Shown here: positions 26,439 to 36,215 of the stretch, piece by piece
How positions within the stretch are numbered: the stretch's first letter is position 1
Layout of the letters: each line of letters begins with the position of its first letter
Assembly (NCBI GenBank): GCA_031549385.1
Contig: JAVBPW010000001.1
Location: forward strand, 390,661 to 454,660
Reading direction: 5' to 3'
Source: Alphaproteobacteria bacterium
GTDB lineage: Bacteria > Pseudomonadota > Alphaproteobacteria > Rs-D84 > SZUA-605
DNA length: 64,000 nt
Program-made: the position numbers and the translations under genes
The notes under the pieces: generated by a model
Databases searched by the model: none
Told to the model about the DNA's origin: nothing
Seen by the model: only the letters and a program-made list of their open reading frames with translations

Positions 26439-27409
26439 TATCCGTTCTTTTTATTCTTTATTGATTTACTTAATATTTTAATGTCATTTGAAAGTTGTGA
26501 TTTCATTATTTTTAAATCTGCTTCTACATTTGATGAACTTTCTAATCTTTTTGCTGTTACCATAAATTGTAAAGATAAGTCTTGTAAGTTTTTAATTGTT
26601 TCTGATAAAGATTTTTCTGAATTTATAATTGTATTTTCAAGTTTGTTTATTGTTTCTGCATTTTGTTCAAGCAAAGATAGAAGATATGGGGAAACATCAC
26701 CACTTGATGCTACGTTTGCATTTGAAATGATTGTTAGGGCTGAAAGATTTTCTTCTATGTAATTGTAAAAATCATTTTGAGCCAAACTTATTTGTTGATT
26801 TATGAAACTTAATATTAGGGAACATGAAAGACCTATGAATGAAGAAGAGAAAGCAATAGACATTCCATTTAATGGTTTTGATAAATCATTTTTTAATGCA
26901 TCAAATACAAGAGTGAAATCTGTTGATGTTACTGAGAAGTCTGTAATAACGCCTGATATAGAATGAATTGTTATTAAAAGGCCTAAGAATGTTCCTAAGA
27001 GGCCTAAAAAGATTAATAGGTTGGAGAAATAACGACCTGTTTCTTTGTTGTCTTGTAAACGTGAATACATTATGTCTAAGATTGATTGCAAAGAAGTTGA
27101 GTTGAGTAAAAACTTTTTTTGATTTTTTGTTATCTCATATAAAGGTAGTAAAATCTTAGGTTGTTGATTATTTGGCTTTTTATTTAAAAAATTTTTAAAC
27201 CATACTAATTCTGGTTCAAGTGTTAAAAAGTATGTGAATGATTTATATAATCCTACACTAAATACACAAATAATGATTAAATTTAGTTCTGGATTTGATA
27301 AAAATAATTTTATAAATTGCGGGAAAAATGCAAGAACTATTATTGCTATTGCTAATATAAATAACATTATATATTTGAAATATTTATCTAAAAAATTTTT
27401 TGAATTCAT
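26438..27409 (-). CDS. MotA/TolQ/ExbB-family proton-channel-like protein with a C-terminal coiled-coil tail
   Basis: Four predicted TM helices including 'FLGLLGTFLGLLITI' (MotA/ExbB GLLGT signature) and 'MSIAFSSSFIGLSCSLILSFIN'. About 120-aa coiled-coil tail. Its stop overlaps the start of the downstream MotB-like gene (TAATG). Confidence 0.75.
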   Translation of the reverse strand: MNSKNFLDKYFKYIMLFILAIAIIVLAFFPQFIKLFLSNPELNLIIICVFSVGLYKSFTYFLTLEPELVWFKNFLNKKPNNQQPKILLPLYEITKNQKKFLLNSTSLQSILDIMYSRLQDNKETGRYFSNLLIFLGLLGTFLGLLITIHSISGVITDFSVTSTDFTLVFDALKNDLSKPLNGMSIAFSSSFIGLSCSLILSFINQQISLAQNDFYNYIEENLSALTIISNANVASSGDVSPYLLSLLEQNAETINKLENTIINSEKSLSETIKNLQDLSLQFMVTAKRLESSSNVEADLKIMKSQLSNDIKILSKSIKNKKNG

Positions 27410-27557
27410 TACTAGCCCTTTTGTTATGACTACTTTTATAGCAAAAATGCAGAATTGTCAAATTAAATTTTTCTCTCTGTAAAGTATTAATTCACTATGG
27501 ACAAATCAATTTGTGAATGCTAAACTCGCTTAAAGGATATCTTTAAGAGGGGTAAGG

Positions 27558-28553
27558 ATGAAGAAATTTTTAATACTATTTTCTGTATGCTTTATGGCAA
27601 TTAGCAGCTCTTATGCTGGATTGCTTGATTGGTTTTCAAGTGATGAAGATTATACTACTACTATTGCTGATTATACAGGGGAACCTGATGTTAGAGTTGT
27701 TAGTGCTGAAGAACGATATGAACTTGATAGTTATCAAGTGCCTTTTTATGTGAAAGAAGAACCTTATGCTGTGCCTGAAGTGAAAACTCCTCCTGTTCTT
27801 TGGGGAAAAGATGATCTTTATTACCCTTATCAATTAGAACCACATGTTTCTAAAAAATCATTTCAACAAGTAACTGCTCAGCGACCTTTTGCTCAAACAG
27901 CACAAAATGTTACTGTGGTTTGTAGAAAGGCTGGGTGTACTCGTCTTAATGATAAAGTTACACGTCAATTCTTATTCAGTAACTTATTAAATGTATTTAT
28001 TAATAATAAATTTACACAAGTTAGTATGTGTGAAGCTGATCCTAATTCACGAGCTTGTTTGTCTAATTCAATCCGTTTTGGTGGAAGAGTTGGTGGAACT
28101 GCTTCTTTAATTCAAATTTATTCTGCTTATGTAGCTGATTTGCGTTTTACTAAATCTATGAATAAATTGGATATTTATTTGATGTATAATGTTTATATTA
28201 ATGGTGTTAAATCACAATGTAGTGGCGCTTTGACTGCAGTTGAAGTTTTTTCTAATGACCAAGTTATTATGAGAGATGAAAGTTATAAATGCCAATTGAC
28301 TTCTGGTGTACCTACAACAGTGTTTTCTATGTTCAATGTTGATTATATCGACCTTGATTATGGTTTGATCGGTGGATATTATTCTATTGGTCTTTCTGGT
28401 GAATCTGCAGCTGGTGGAAATGGTTATGTTTTAATGAAATTTACTAAAAACACTAGGAATTCAGCTTTCAGAGAAAATCCAAAAGATGGTGAAGGGTTTG
28501 CTGGATACGAAGTTCCTGCTGGTGAATATGAAGTTAGACCTTTAGCAGAATAA
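27558..28553 (+). CDS. Secreted hypothetical protein (331 aa)
   Basis: Signal peptide 'MKKFLILFSVCFMAISSSYAG'. No recognisable domain. Confidence 0.6.
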   Translation: MKKFLILFSVCFMAISSSYAGLLDWFSSDEDYTTTIADYTGEPDVRVVSAEERYELDSYQVPFYVKEEPYAVPEVKTPPVLWGKDDLYYPYQLEPHVSKKSFQQVTAQRPFAQTAQNVTVVCRKAGCTRLNDKVTRQFLFSNLLNVFINNKFTQVSMCEADPNSRACLSNSIRFGGRVGGTASLIQIYSAYVADLRFTKSMNKLDIYLMYNVYINGVKSQCSGALTAVEVFSNDQVIMRDESYKCQLTSGVPTTVFSMFNVDYIDLDYGLIGGYYSIGLSGESAAGGNGYVLMKFTKNTRNSAFRENPKDGEGFAGYEVPAGEYEVRPLAE

Positions 28554-28671
28554 AATTTATTGATAAATCAATATTTTAAGAATATTATTATAATTTTATT
28601 GACAAATAATATGTTTTGAGTTATATTTTAATTATAGATAATATTAAACCTAAATCTTAAAAACACCAGCA

Positions 28672-28884
28672 ATGAAAGAATTTATTAATATGTACAAATG
28701 GTGGTTATTGATACCACCGGTGGCTTTTGTAATAGCTGCGTTCTTGATAGAAAAACATACATTTATTGCCTACATCTTTTTGGCAATAGGAGCATTTGCA
28801 ATGGGCTGCTTTATAGCCTGGTTTTCTGGAAAACAAAAAACCATCCGAAGGGTGGAGAAACTAGTTAAAAACATTAAATATTAG
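28672..28884 (+). CDS. Small two-TM membrane protein (70 aa)
   Basis: Two hydrophobic helices. Followed by an intrinsic terminator. Confidence 0.4.
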   Translation: MKEFINMYKWWLLIPPVAFVIAAFLIEKHTFIAYIFLAIGAFAMGCFIAWFSGKQKTIRRVEKLVKNIKY

Positions 28885-28910
28885 GAGCCGAAATGCTCCT
28901 TTATTTTTTT
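28884..28910 (+). terminator. Intrinsic terminator (GGAGC-CGAAAT-GCTCC plus T-run)
   Basis: Hairpin followed by TTTATTTTTTT. Confidence 0.55.
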
Positions 28911-28950
28911 CAGGTTTGACAAAATTCGTTTTTTTACCTATACTTTAAGA

Positions 28951-29628
28951 ATGGAAAAACTGGCTACTGTTTTAGTTGTAGATGATGATGTTAAGTTGCT
29001 TAATCTTATTAAAACCTATTTAGAAAATAATGGGTTTGAAGTTTATACAGCTGAAAATGGAATCGATGCTCTTAGAGTTCAAGATTTCTATGTTTTTGAT
29101 ATTATTGTTTGTGACTGGATGATGCCTGTGATGGATGGTATGGAATTTGTTACAAAACTTAGAGAAAAAAATTCTGTTCCTGTACTTATGCTTACTGCTC
29201 TTTCTGAATTAGATAATAAAGTTATGGCTTATGAAGGTGGGATTGATGATTATATGGCAAAACCTTTTGAACCTAAAGAATTATTACTTAGAATTAAAAG
29301 TATTTTAAAACGTTCAAATTCTTCTAAACCAAATAAAAAAGAAGTTATGTTTGGTAATTATATTTTTAATGTTTCTGATTTAACTTTATTTAAAAATAAA
29401 GAACAAATTATACTTACTGATGCAGAAAAAACTGTTTTGAAAATACTGTCATCAAAGTATGGTGAAATAGTTAGTCGTGAAGCTTTGGCTGATGCTCTTA
29501 ATTATGGTAATGAACTTAGAGGAGTTGATGTAGTTATTGTTAGACTTAGAAAAAAAATTGAAGATAACCCTAAGAAATCTTTATTCTTACAAACTGTTAG
29601 AAATAAAGGGTATCTGTTAAAAGGATAA
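28951..29628 (+). CDS. Two-component response regulator, OmpR/PhoB family
   Basis: Receiver domain 'VLVVDDD...D' plus C-terminal winged-helix ('VDVVIVRLRKKIE...TVRNKGY'). Confidence 0.85.
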   Translation: MEKLATVLVVDDDVKLLNLIKTYLENNGFEVYTAENGIDALRVQDFYVFDIIVCDWMMPVMDGMEFVTKLREKNSVPVLMLTALSELDNKVMAYEGGIDDYMAKPFEPKELLLRIKSILKRSNSSKPNKKEVMFGNYIFNVSDLTLFKNKEQIILTDAEKTVLKILSSKYGEIVSREALADALNYGNELRGVDVVIVRLRKKIEDNPKKSLFLQTVRNKGYLLKG

Positions 29629-29630
29629 AT

Positions 29631-30950
29631 ATGAGATTGAGATTTAGACATTTTTTACCTAGAACTTTTTTATGGAGAACTATTTGTCTTACTATATTGC
29701 CTTTATTGATTGCTGATATTTTACTTGCTCAATTCTTTTTAGATAGACATTGGAATGCTATTGGTGAACAGTTGGCGACTAATTTAGTTTCTGAAGTTAG
29801 TTTGCTTTTAAAAGACTTTGATGAAGTTGAATCAAGTGAATATCATAAGGTGTTTAATAAATATAGAGATACTTTTGATTTCCATATTGGATATGTAGAA
29901 GAGGCACCTGATTATAACTCGTTTAAAAAACAAAAGAAATTTCAAACAGCTTATTTGCGTGATGCTGTTAAGAAGAAAATTCCTTATCCTACACTTGTTT
30001 CTTTGCAAAATAAAAAACAATTAGAAATTTATATTTGGCATCCAAAAGGGTTGATTACTGTTGATACTATATTATCACGTGTTTATGCATCAACTACACA
30101 TTTGTTTTTTGCTTGGATGATTGGAACTTTGTTAGGTATTATTTTAATTGTTATTCCTTTTATTAGGGGGCAAGTGAGGTCTATTAAAAAATTATCTGTG
30201 GCTGCTAATAAGTTTGGTAAGGGAGAAGATTTTTATTATTCACCTTCTGGATCTGCAGAAATTCGACAAGCAGGACAGGCTTTCTTAATTATGAAAGCAC
30301 GTATTTCTAGATTTATTGAAGGAAGAACTCAAATGCTTTCTGCTGTGTCTCATGATATTAGAACTCCGCTTACTCGTATGAGATTATCTTTGGAATCAGT
30401 TAAAGATAAAAAAGTTAAGCAAGATTTATTAGATGATATTAAAGATATTGAAATTATGGTTAATTCTTATCTTGATTTTGTTAGAGATGAAATTAAGGAA
30501 GATCCTAAAAAAATAGATCTTAAAATTTTCTTGGAAGATATAAATAAAGATGTAATTTGTAATGGCAAAAGAATAGAAAGTGTTAATTTGAAAAAGGGTA
30601 TTAAATGCAAATTATTTGTTAGAGAAAATGAGTTTAAAAGAGCTTTAATAAATGTTTTAAATAATGCTTGTAGATATGCTAAATCCAAAACTTTAGTATC
30701 TTATATTAATAATGGAAAGTATATTGAAATTTATATTGAAGATGATGGTCCAGGAATTCCAAAAGATAGACGTGATGAAATGTTTAAGCCTTTTGCAAGG
30801 ATGGATAAATCACGTAATAAAGATAATGGTGGTGTGGGATTAGGCCTTACTATTGCAAAAAATGTTATTCAACATCATGGTGGAAAAATTACACTTCTTG
30901 GAAGTGAAAAACTTGGTGGATTAAAAGTTAAAATAGTATTACCAGTATAG
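29631..30950 (+). CDS. Sensor histidine kinase (EnvZ/PhoR-like)
   Basis: Two TM helices and a HAMP-like region. H-box 'LSAVSHDIRTPLT'. N, G1 and G2 boxes ('NNACRYA', 'DDGPGIP', 'GGVGLGL'). Confidence 0.85.
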   Translation: MRLRFRHFLPRTFLWRTICLTILPLLIADILLAQFFLDRHWNAIGEQLATNLVSEVSLLLKDFDEVESSEYHKVFNKYRDTFDFHIGYVEEAPDYNSFKKQKKFQTAYLRDAVKKKIPYPTLVSLQNKKQLEIYIWHPKGLITVDTILSRVYASTTHLFFAWMIGTLLGIILIVIPFIRGQVRSIKKLSVAANKFGKGEDFYYSPSGSAEIRQAGQAFLIMKARISRFIEGRTQMLSAVSHDIRTPLTRMRLSLESVKDKKVKQDLLDDIKDIEIMVNSYLDFVRDEIKEDPKKIDLKIFLEDINKDVICNGKRIESVNLKKGIKCKLFVRENEFKRALINVLNNACRYAKSKTLVSYINNGKYIEIYIEDDGPGIPKDRRDEMFKPFARMDKSRNKDNGGVGLGLTIAKNVIQHHGGKITLLGSEKLGGLKVKIVLPV

Positions 30951-30959
30951 GAAGAGATT

Positions 30960-31961
30960 ATGAAAAATAATAAGCCTAAAATATCTTTGATTATTCCTGT
31001 TTATAATTCGGAAAAATACTTGCCTGAATGTTTAGATTCTGTTTTAGAACAAACGTTCAAAGATTTTGAAGTTGTTTGTGTAAATGATGGATCAACAGAT
31101 AGTTCTTTATCTATATTAAAAAAGTATGCTGCAAAAGATGCACGAATCGTTATAAAGAGTCAAAATAATGCAGGTGTTAGTGCTGCAAGGAATGCAGCTC
31201 TTGAATTGGCTAAAGGTAAATATATTGCTTTTTTAGATTCTGATGATTTTATACATCCTGATTATTTGAAAGTTTTATATGAAACTATGGAATTGAAAAA
31301 AGCTGATTTAGTTTGGTGTGGATTTCTACGAGTTAATCAAAATATATTAAGACAAGAAGTTAAAGTTTTAGTTGGAAAAAGATATCCTATTAAAGTATAT
31401 GATAATATTTTTGATGATTTTATAAAGGGCAATATTAACCCAGAAGTCGCTTTATGGAATAAGTTGTATAAATCTGATTTGGCTAAACAAATAAAGTTTG
31501 TTGAAAACATTGCTGCTAGTGAAGATTTTCTTTATGTGGTTTCTTATTTGTACAAAACTAATAAAGTTGCTTTTGTTAATGCTGAATTGTTGTTTTATAG
31601 AGTTACTGATACAGGGCTTACTCATAAACCTGTAAAAGCTAAATATATTGAAGATCATTATAATATGTGTCTTTACTTGAATAATTTTTTTAAAAACGAG
31701 ACTTTAAAAGAAGATGTTAGAAAAGCATTGGATGAAAGAATTGCTAAGACTTTATTTAAAGCCTCCATAACTTGGCCTTATAAGAGGTCAGCGAAAGATT
31801 CCTATATGGATTATTGGAAGATTTATTGTGTAAAATTGTTAAAAATGAAGGAAAATGGGATTTATAAGCCAGAATTGCTTAATTCAATAGATAGGTATAA
31901 ATCTGACCTTTATATTAATAAAAAGTTCGGATTATTAAGGTTCTTATTACTTTTTACTTGA
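30960..31961 (+). CDS. Family-2 glycosyltransferase
   Basis: 'ISLIIPVYNSEKYLPECLDSVLEQTF.DFEVVCVNDGSTD' is the GT2 N-terminus. DxD motif 'FLDSDD'. Confidence 0.8.
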   Translation: MKNNKPKISLIIPVYNSEKYLPECLDSVLEQTFKDFEVVCVNDGSTDSSLSILKKYAAKDARIVIKSQNNAGVSAARNAALELAKGKYIAFLDSDDFIHPDYLKVLYETMELKKADLVWCGFLRVNQNILRQEVKVLVGKRYPIKVYDNIFDDFIKGNINPEVALWNKLYKSDLAKQIKFVENIAASEDFLYVVSYLYKTNKVAFVNAELLFYRVTDTGLTHKPVKAKYIEDHYNMCLYLNNFFKNETLKEDVRKALDERIAKTLFKASITWPYKRSAKDSYMDYWKIYCVKLLKMKENGIYKPELLNSIDRYKSDLYINKKFGLLRFLLLFT

Positions 31962-32086
31962 CTTTTGTAAAAGAATTTTATATAATATGTTTATTGTTGG
32001 ATTAGAAGATGAGTAGGTGTTGAGAAGAAAAAACCTCTCATTTTTTTTTGAAAAAAGATTGATATAGAACAAAGGAGTTGAAAGTT

Positions 32087-33655
32087 ATGGATTTTTCAAA
32101 GGCTATGCCAAGACCAGAATTAATTGCTATGGTGCAAACTCTTGCCGAACAAAAAGGGCTAGAGAAAGAAGTAATGTTCCAAATATTAGAAGATGCAATG
32201 TTAAAGATTGCTCGTAACCAATTTGGACATGAACTTGATTTACAAGTTATGATTGATAGAAAAACAGGAGCTATTTTAGTTAAAAGAAAAATGACTGTTG
32301 TTCCTGATGACTATGTAACAAAAACTGAAGTTATAGAAGCGCCAGATGATGGTACAGAACCTGAAATAATCGATCTTTTTAACGAAAATAGAAATTTAAC
32401 TTTAACACAAGCTAAAAAGAAAGATAAAAATCTTAAAGTTGATGATGTTGTTGAAGACTACTTACCAGCTCTTTATTTTGGAAGACAAGCTTTCCAATCT
32501 GTACGCCAAATTGTTATGGCTAAAATCAAAGGTGCTGATAGAGAAAAGCAATATGAAGAATTTAAAGATAGAATCGGCGAAGTTGTTAACTGTGTTGTTA
32601 AACAAAATGAATATGGAAACTTATATGTTGAAATAAATAATAAAGCTGAAGGATATATCAAAAGAAATGAATTAATACCAAGAGAAATGCCTCATACAGG
32701 AGATCGTTTCAGAGCTTTGGTTTTATCTGTGGAAAAATCTACATCTGGTCCTCAAATCTTTTTATCACGTTCACATCCTAATTTTATGGCAAAACTTTTT
32801 GCTATGGAAGTTCCAGAAATTTATGAAGGAACTATTGAAGTTAGAGCTGTTGCAAGAGATCCAGGGTCACATGCTAAAGTTGCTGTTTGGTCAAAAGATC
32901 CTTCACAAGATCCTGTTGGAACTTCTGTTGGTATGAGAGGTTCAAGAATCCAACCTATCATAAATGAATTGCAAGGTGAAAAAATCGACGTTATTGCTTG
33001 GTCTGATGATGTTGCGGAATTAGCTGTTAGAGCTATTACTCCTGCTAAAGCATTAAAAGTTGTTGTTGATGAAGAAGACCATAAAATTGAAATTGCTGTT
33101 GCTCAAGATAACTTGTCTCAAGCTATTGGCCGTGGTGGACAAAATGTTCGTTTGGCTTCTAAATTAGTTGGATGGCAAATCGATGTTATGAGTGAAGAAA
33201 AAGAAGCTGAAATCAGAACTAAAGAAATTAATGAAAGAATATCATTGTTTATTGCAGCTTTGGATATCGATGAAGTTATTGCAAGATTACTTTTATCTGA
33301 AGGTTTCAGAAATATTGAAGAAATTGCTTATGTTGATAAATCTGAACTTACTTCTATTAACGGTTTTGAACCTGAACTTGTTGATGAATTACAAATCAGA
33401 GCTCAAGCTTACTTGAATGCAAAACAACAAGAATTCGATAAGAAAGTAAAAGAACTTAAGATTGATAAATCTTTAATTGATTTCGAAGATGTTAATATGG
33501 ATCAAAAAATTCTTTTAGCTAATAGTGATGTTAGATCTCGTGAAGATTTAGCTGATTTATCTACTGAAGAATTACAAGCTATATTAACTGATTTAGATGA
33601 AAATCAAATTAACAAAATTATTATGAAGGCTAGAGAAATCTGGTTTAATGAATAA
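32087..33655 (+). CDS. nusA: Transcription termination/antitermination factor NusA
   Basis: S1 and KH domains ('AIGRGGQNVRLAS') and a C-terminal acidic repeat region. ATG at 32087 with AAGGAG RBS (the track start at 32078 is TTG). Confidence 0.95.
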   Translation: MDFSKAMPRPELIAMVQTLAEQKGLEKEVMFQILEDAMLKIARNQFGHELDLQVMIDRKTGAILVKRKMTVVPDDYVTKTEVIEAPDDGTEPEIIDLFNENRNLTLTQAKKKDKNLKVDDVVEDYLPALYFGRQAFQSVRQIVMAKIKGADREKQYEEFKDRIGEVVNCVVKQNEYGNLYVEINNKAEGYIKRNELIPREMPHTGDRFRALVLSVEKSTSGPQIFLSRSHPNFMAKLFAMEVPEIYEGTIEVRAVARDPGSHAKVAVWSKDPSQDPVGTSVGMRGSRIQPIINELQGEKIDVIAWSDDVAELAVRAITPAKALKVVVDEEDHKIEIAVAQDNLSQAIGRGGQNVRLASKLVGWQIDVMSEEKEAEIRTKEINERISLFIAALDIDEVIARLLLSEGFRNIEEIAYVDKSELTSINGFEPELVDELQIRAQAYLNAKQQEFDKKVKELKIDKSLIDFEDVNMDQKILLANSDVRSREDLADLSTEELQAILTDLDENQINKIIMKAREIWFNE

Positions 33656-33668
33656 GAGGTAGTAATAT

Positions 33669-36023
33669 ATGGAAGATACAAGAAAAAAATTAACTTTATC
33701 TATTAAATCTGCTCCAGTTAGCAATGCGCCTGGTGGAGTTAAGATAGAACGTAGAAGAAAAATTTTTAAGCCTGGAGAAAGTGTTGTTTCCAGTACTAAC
33801 TTGTCGTCTTCTGCTTCTGCAGAGCGATTGAAAAATATTTTAGATCAGGCGAAAAAAACTGATGAAAATAAATTAGATTTTTCTGCTCTTGATTCTAAGA
33901 GAAGAACTCTTATTGAAGAAGATAATCAAATCAGACAAGAAAGACAAAAGAAAGTCGAAAGTATTGTTGAAGAAGAAAAGAAAGAAGAAACTTCTAAACA
34001 ACCATCTCATGATTCTGGAAAAACCTTTAAAAGAACTGAAGAAGAACAACCAAAATCTTCTTTTATTAAAGAAGTGCCTAAAAACTTTAAGAAAGCAGAT
34101 AATTTTGATAAAAGAAAAATTACTGTTAAAGATATTTATGTTGATAATGGTGATGAATCAGGTGATGTTGTTGTTAGAGAAAGAAGACGCTCAATTGCAT
34201 CTTTCCAACGTAAACTTGAAAAACAACGTTTGAAAAATCTTGAAAAACAAACTGAATTAAAGCCTGTTATTAAAGAAGTTGAAATCCCTGATTTCATTTC
34301 TGTAAAAGATTTAGCGAATCGTATGTCTGTTGTTTCAGCACAAGTAGTAAAAAAATTAATGGAAATGGGTGTTATGGCTACTCTTAACCAAATTATTGAT
34401 GCCGATACTGCTCAATTAATTGTTGAAGAATTTGGTCATAAATTTAAACGTGTTGGTGAAGAAGAAACTATTGAAGGTACATTGAAAACTAAAGATGATG
34501 AAGCAACTCTAAAATCACGTCCACCTGTTGTGACTATTATGGGGCATGTTGATCATGGTAAGACTACATTATTAGATGCTTTGCGTGAAACTGATGTTGT
34601 GTCTACTGAAGCTGGTGGAATTACTCAACATATTGGTTCATATCAAATTGAAACAAAAAGTGGAAAACGAATCACTTTTATAGATACTCCTGGACACGCT
34701 GCATTCTCTGCTATGCGTGCAAGAGGTGCTAATATCACTGACATAGTTGTTTTAGTGGTTGCTGCTAATGATGGAATTATGCCACAAACAGTTGAAGCTA
34801 TTAGTCATGCTAAAGCTGCTGGAGTACCTATTATTGTTGCTATTAATAAGATTGATTTGGCAGAAGCAAATCCAACTAAAGTTAGATCTGAGTTATTAAC
34901 TCACGGGTTGGTTACTGAAGAATTTGGTGGAGATATTTTATCTGCTGAAATTTCTGCTAAGAAAAAAATGAATCTAGATAAGCTTGAAGATTTAATTTTA
35001 TTACAAGCTGAGATGTTGAATTTAAAAGCAAACCCTGATCGTAGTGCTGAAGGGGTGGTTATTGAAGCTGAAGTTGAAAAAGGATTTGGTTCTGTTGCTA
35101 CTGTTTTAATTCAAAAAGGTACTTTGAAGATTGGAGATGTTTTTGTTTCTGGTCAACAATGGGGACGTGTTAGAGCTTTAACTGATGCTTATAAAAATAA
35201 ATTAATTTCTGCTGGACCTGCTTTCCCTGTTATTGTTCTTGGATGGACTGGAAATTCTTCTGCTGGAGATGATTTTGTTGTAGTGGAAAATGAAGCAAAA
35301 GCTAGAGATATTGCAGCATATCGTGAAAAGAAATATAAAGAACATTTATTGGCTATTAAATCTAAATCTATGATGGAACAATTAATGAATGGTGTTAAAG
35401 ATGGAGATGTTAAAAAACTTACTATTTTGATTAAGGCTGACGTGAATGGATCAGCTGAGGCTATTCAAACTTCTATTATGCAAATTAAATCTGATAAAGT
35501 TAAACCTGAAGTTATTATGAGTGGGGTTGGTGAAATAAACGAATCAGATATTACTTTAGCTAAAACTGCTCGTGCTCTTGTTATTGGATTTAATGTTAGA
35601 GCTAATGCAACTGCTAAAGAATTGGCTAAACAAGAAGGAATTGATATAAGATATTATTCTATTATTTATAACTTACTTGATGATATTAAAATGGCTATGG
35701 AAGGTTTGTTAACTCCAGAAATAAAAGAAAATATTATTGGTACTGCAGATGTGCTTCAAGTATTTACAGTTGGTAAAGGAACTAAAGTTGCAGGGTGCAG
35801 AGTTGCAGAAGGTATTATTAAAAGAAATGCTAAAATACGTTTAGTTAGAGATAATATAGTTTTATACCAAGGTGAAATAGGACAAATGAAGCATGGTATG
35901 GACGATGTTAAAGAACGTAAAGAAGGCCAAGAATGTGGATTGTCATTTGATAAGTATAATGATATACAAGTGGGTGACAAAATAGAATGTTATGAAGAAG
36001 AATCAATCAAAAGTTCATTATAA
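33669..36023 (+). CDS. infB: Translation initiation factor IF-2
   Basis: G-domain '[14 protein letters not shown]', 'DTPGH', 'NKID'. Lys/Glu-rich N-terminal region. Confidence 0.95.
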   Translation: MEDTRKKLTLSIKSAPVSNAPGGVKIERRRKIFKPGESVVSSTNLSSSASAERLKNILDQAKKTDENKLDFSALDSKRRTLIEEDNQIRQERQKKVESIVEEEKKEETSKQPSHDSGKTFKRTEEEQPKSSFIKEVPKNFKKADNFDKRKITVKDIYVDNGDESGDVVVRERRRSIASFQRKLEKQRLKNLEKQTELKPVIKEVEIPDFISVKDLANRMSVVSAQVVKKLMEMGVMATLNQIIDADTAQLIVEEFGHKFKRVGEEETIEGTLKTKDDEATLKSRPPVVTIMGHVDHGKTTLLDALRETDVVSTEAGGITQHIGSYQIETKSGKRITFIDTPGHAAFSAMRARGANITDIVVLVVAANDGIMPQTVEAISHAKAAGVPIIVAINKIDLAEANPTKVRSELLTHGLVTEEFGGDILSAEISAKKKMNLDKLEDLILLQAEMLNLKANPDRSAEGVVIEAEVEKGFGSVATVLIQKGTLKIGDVFVSGQQWGRVRALTDAYKNKLISAGPAFPVIVLGWTGNSSAGDDFVVVENEAKARDIAAYREKKYKEHLLAIKSKSMMEQLMNGVKDGDVKKLTILIKADVNGSAEAIQTSIMQIKSDKVKPEVIMSGVGEINESDITLAKTARALVIGFNVRANATAKELAKQEGIDIRYYSIIYNLLDDIKMAMEGLLTPEIKENIIGTADVLQVFTVGKGTKVAGCRVAEGIIKRNAKIRLVRDNIVLYQGEIGQMKHGMDDVKERKEGQECGLSFDKYNDIQVGDKIECYEEESIKSSL

Positions 36024-36036
36024 TGGACTTGGGGCG

Positions 36037-36169
36037 CATTGAATTTTGGTTGCAAAGCAAAAGAGAAACTAAAAAATTTAACTTCACCGTATTTTAATAC
36101 GCCATCGTCAAATTTTTTAATTTACTTTTGTTTTCACTCAAAATTGAATGGTCAATGATATGTTTAAGA
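36037..36169. repeat. MITE-like intergenic palindromic repeat, copy B (subfamily 2)
   Basis: Head 'CATTGAATTTTGGTTGCAAAGCAAAAGAG', central palindrome 'CGTATTTTAATACG' flanked by inverted arms, tail 'CACTCAAAATTGAATGGTCAATGAT'. The tail is the inverted complement of the head (TIR). Confidence 0.7.
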
Positions 36170-36215
36170 AAAGTTTTTAATAAAAAATAAATATAAATTT
36201 AAAACTTAAAATTCT

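Noticed and set aside
26438-27409. Calling the stator-like pair a complete Zorya system
   Set aside because: No ZorC/ZorD/ZorE-like genes (large nuclease or helicase partners) are adjacent. Only the AB-like core is present, so it is reported as stator-like or Zorya-core-like, not as Zorya.
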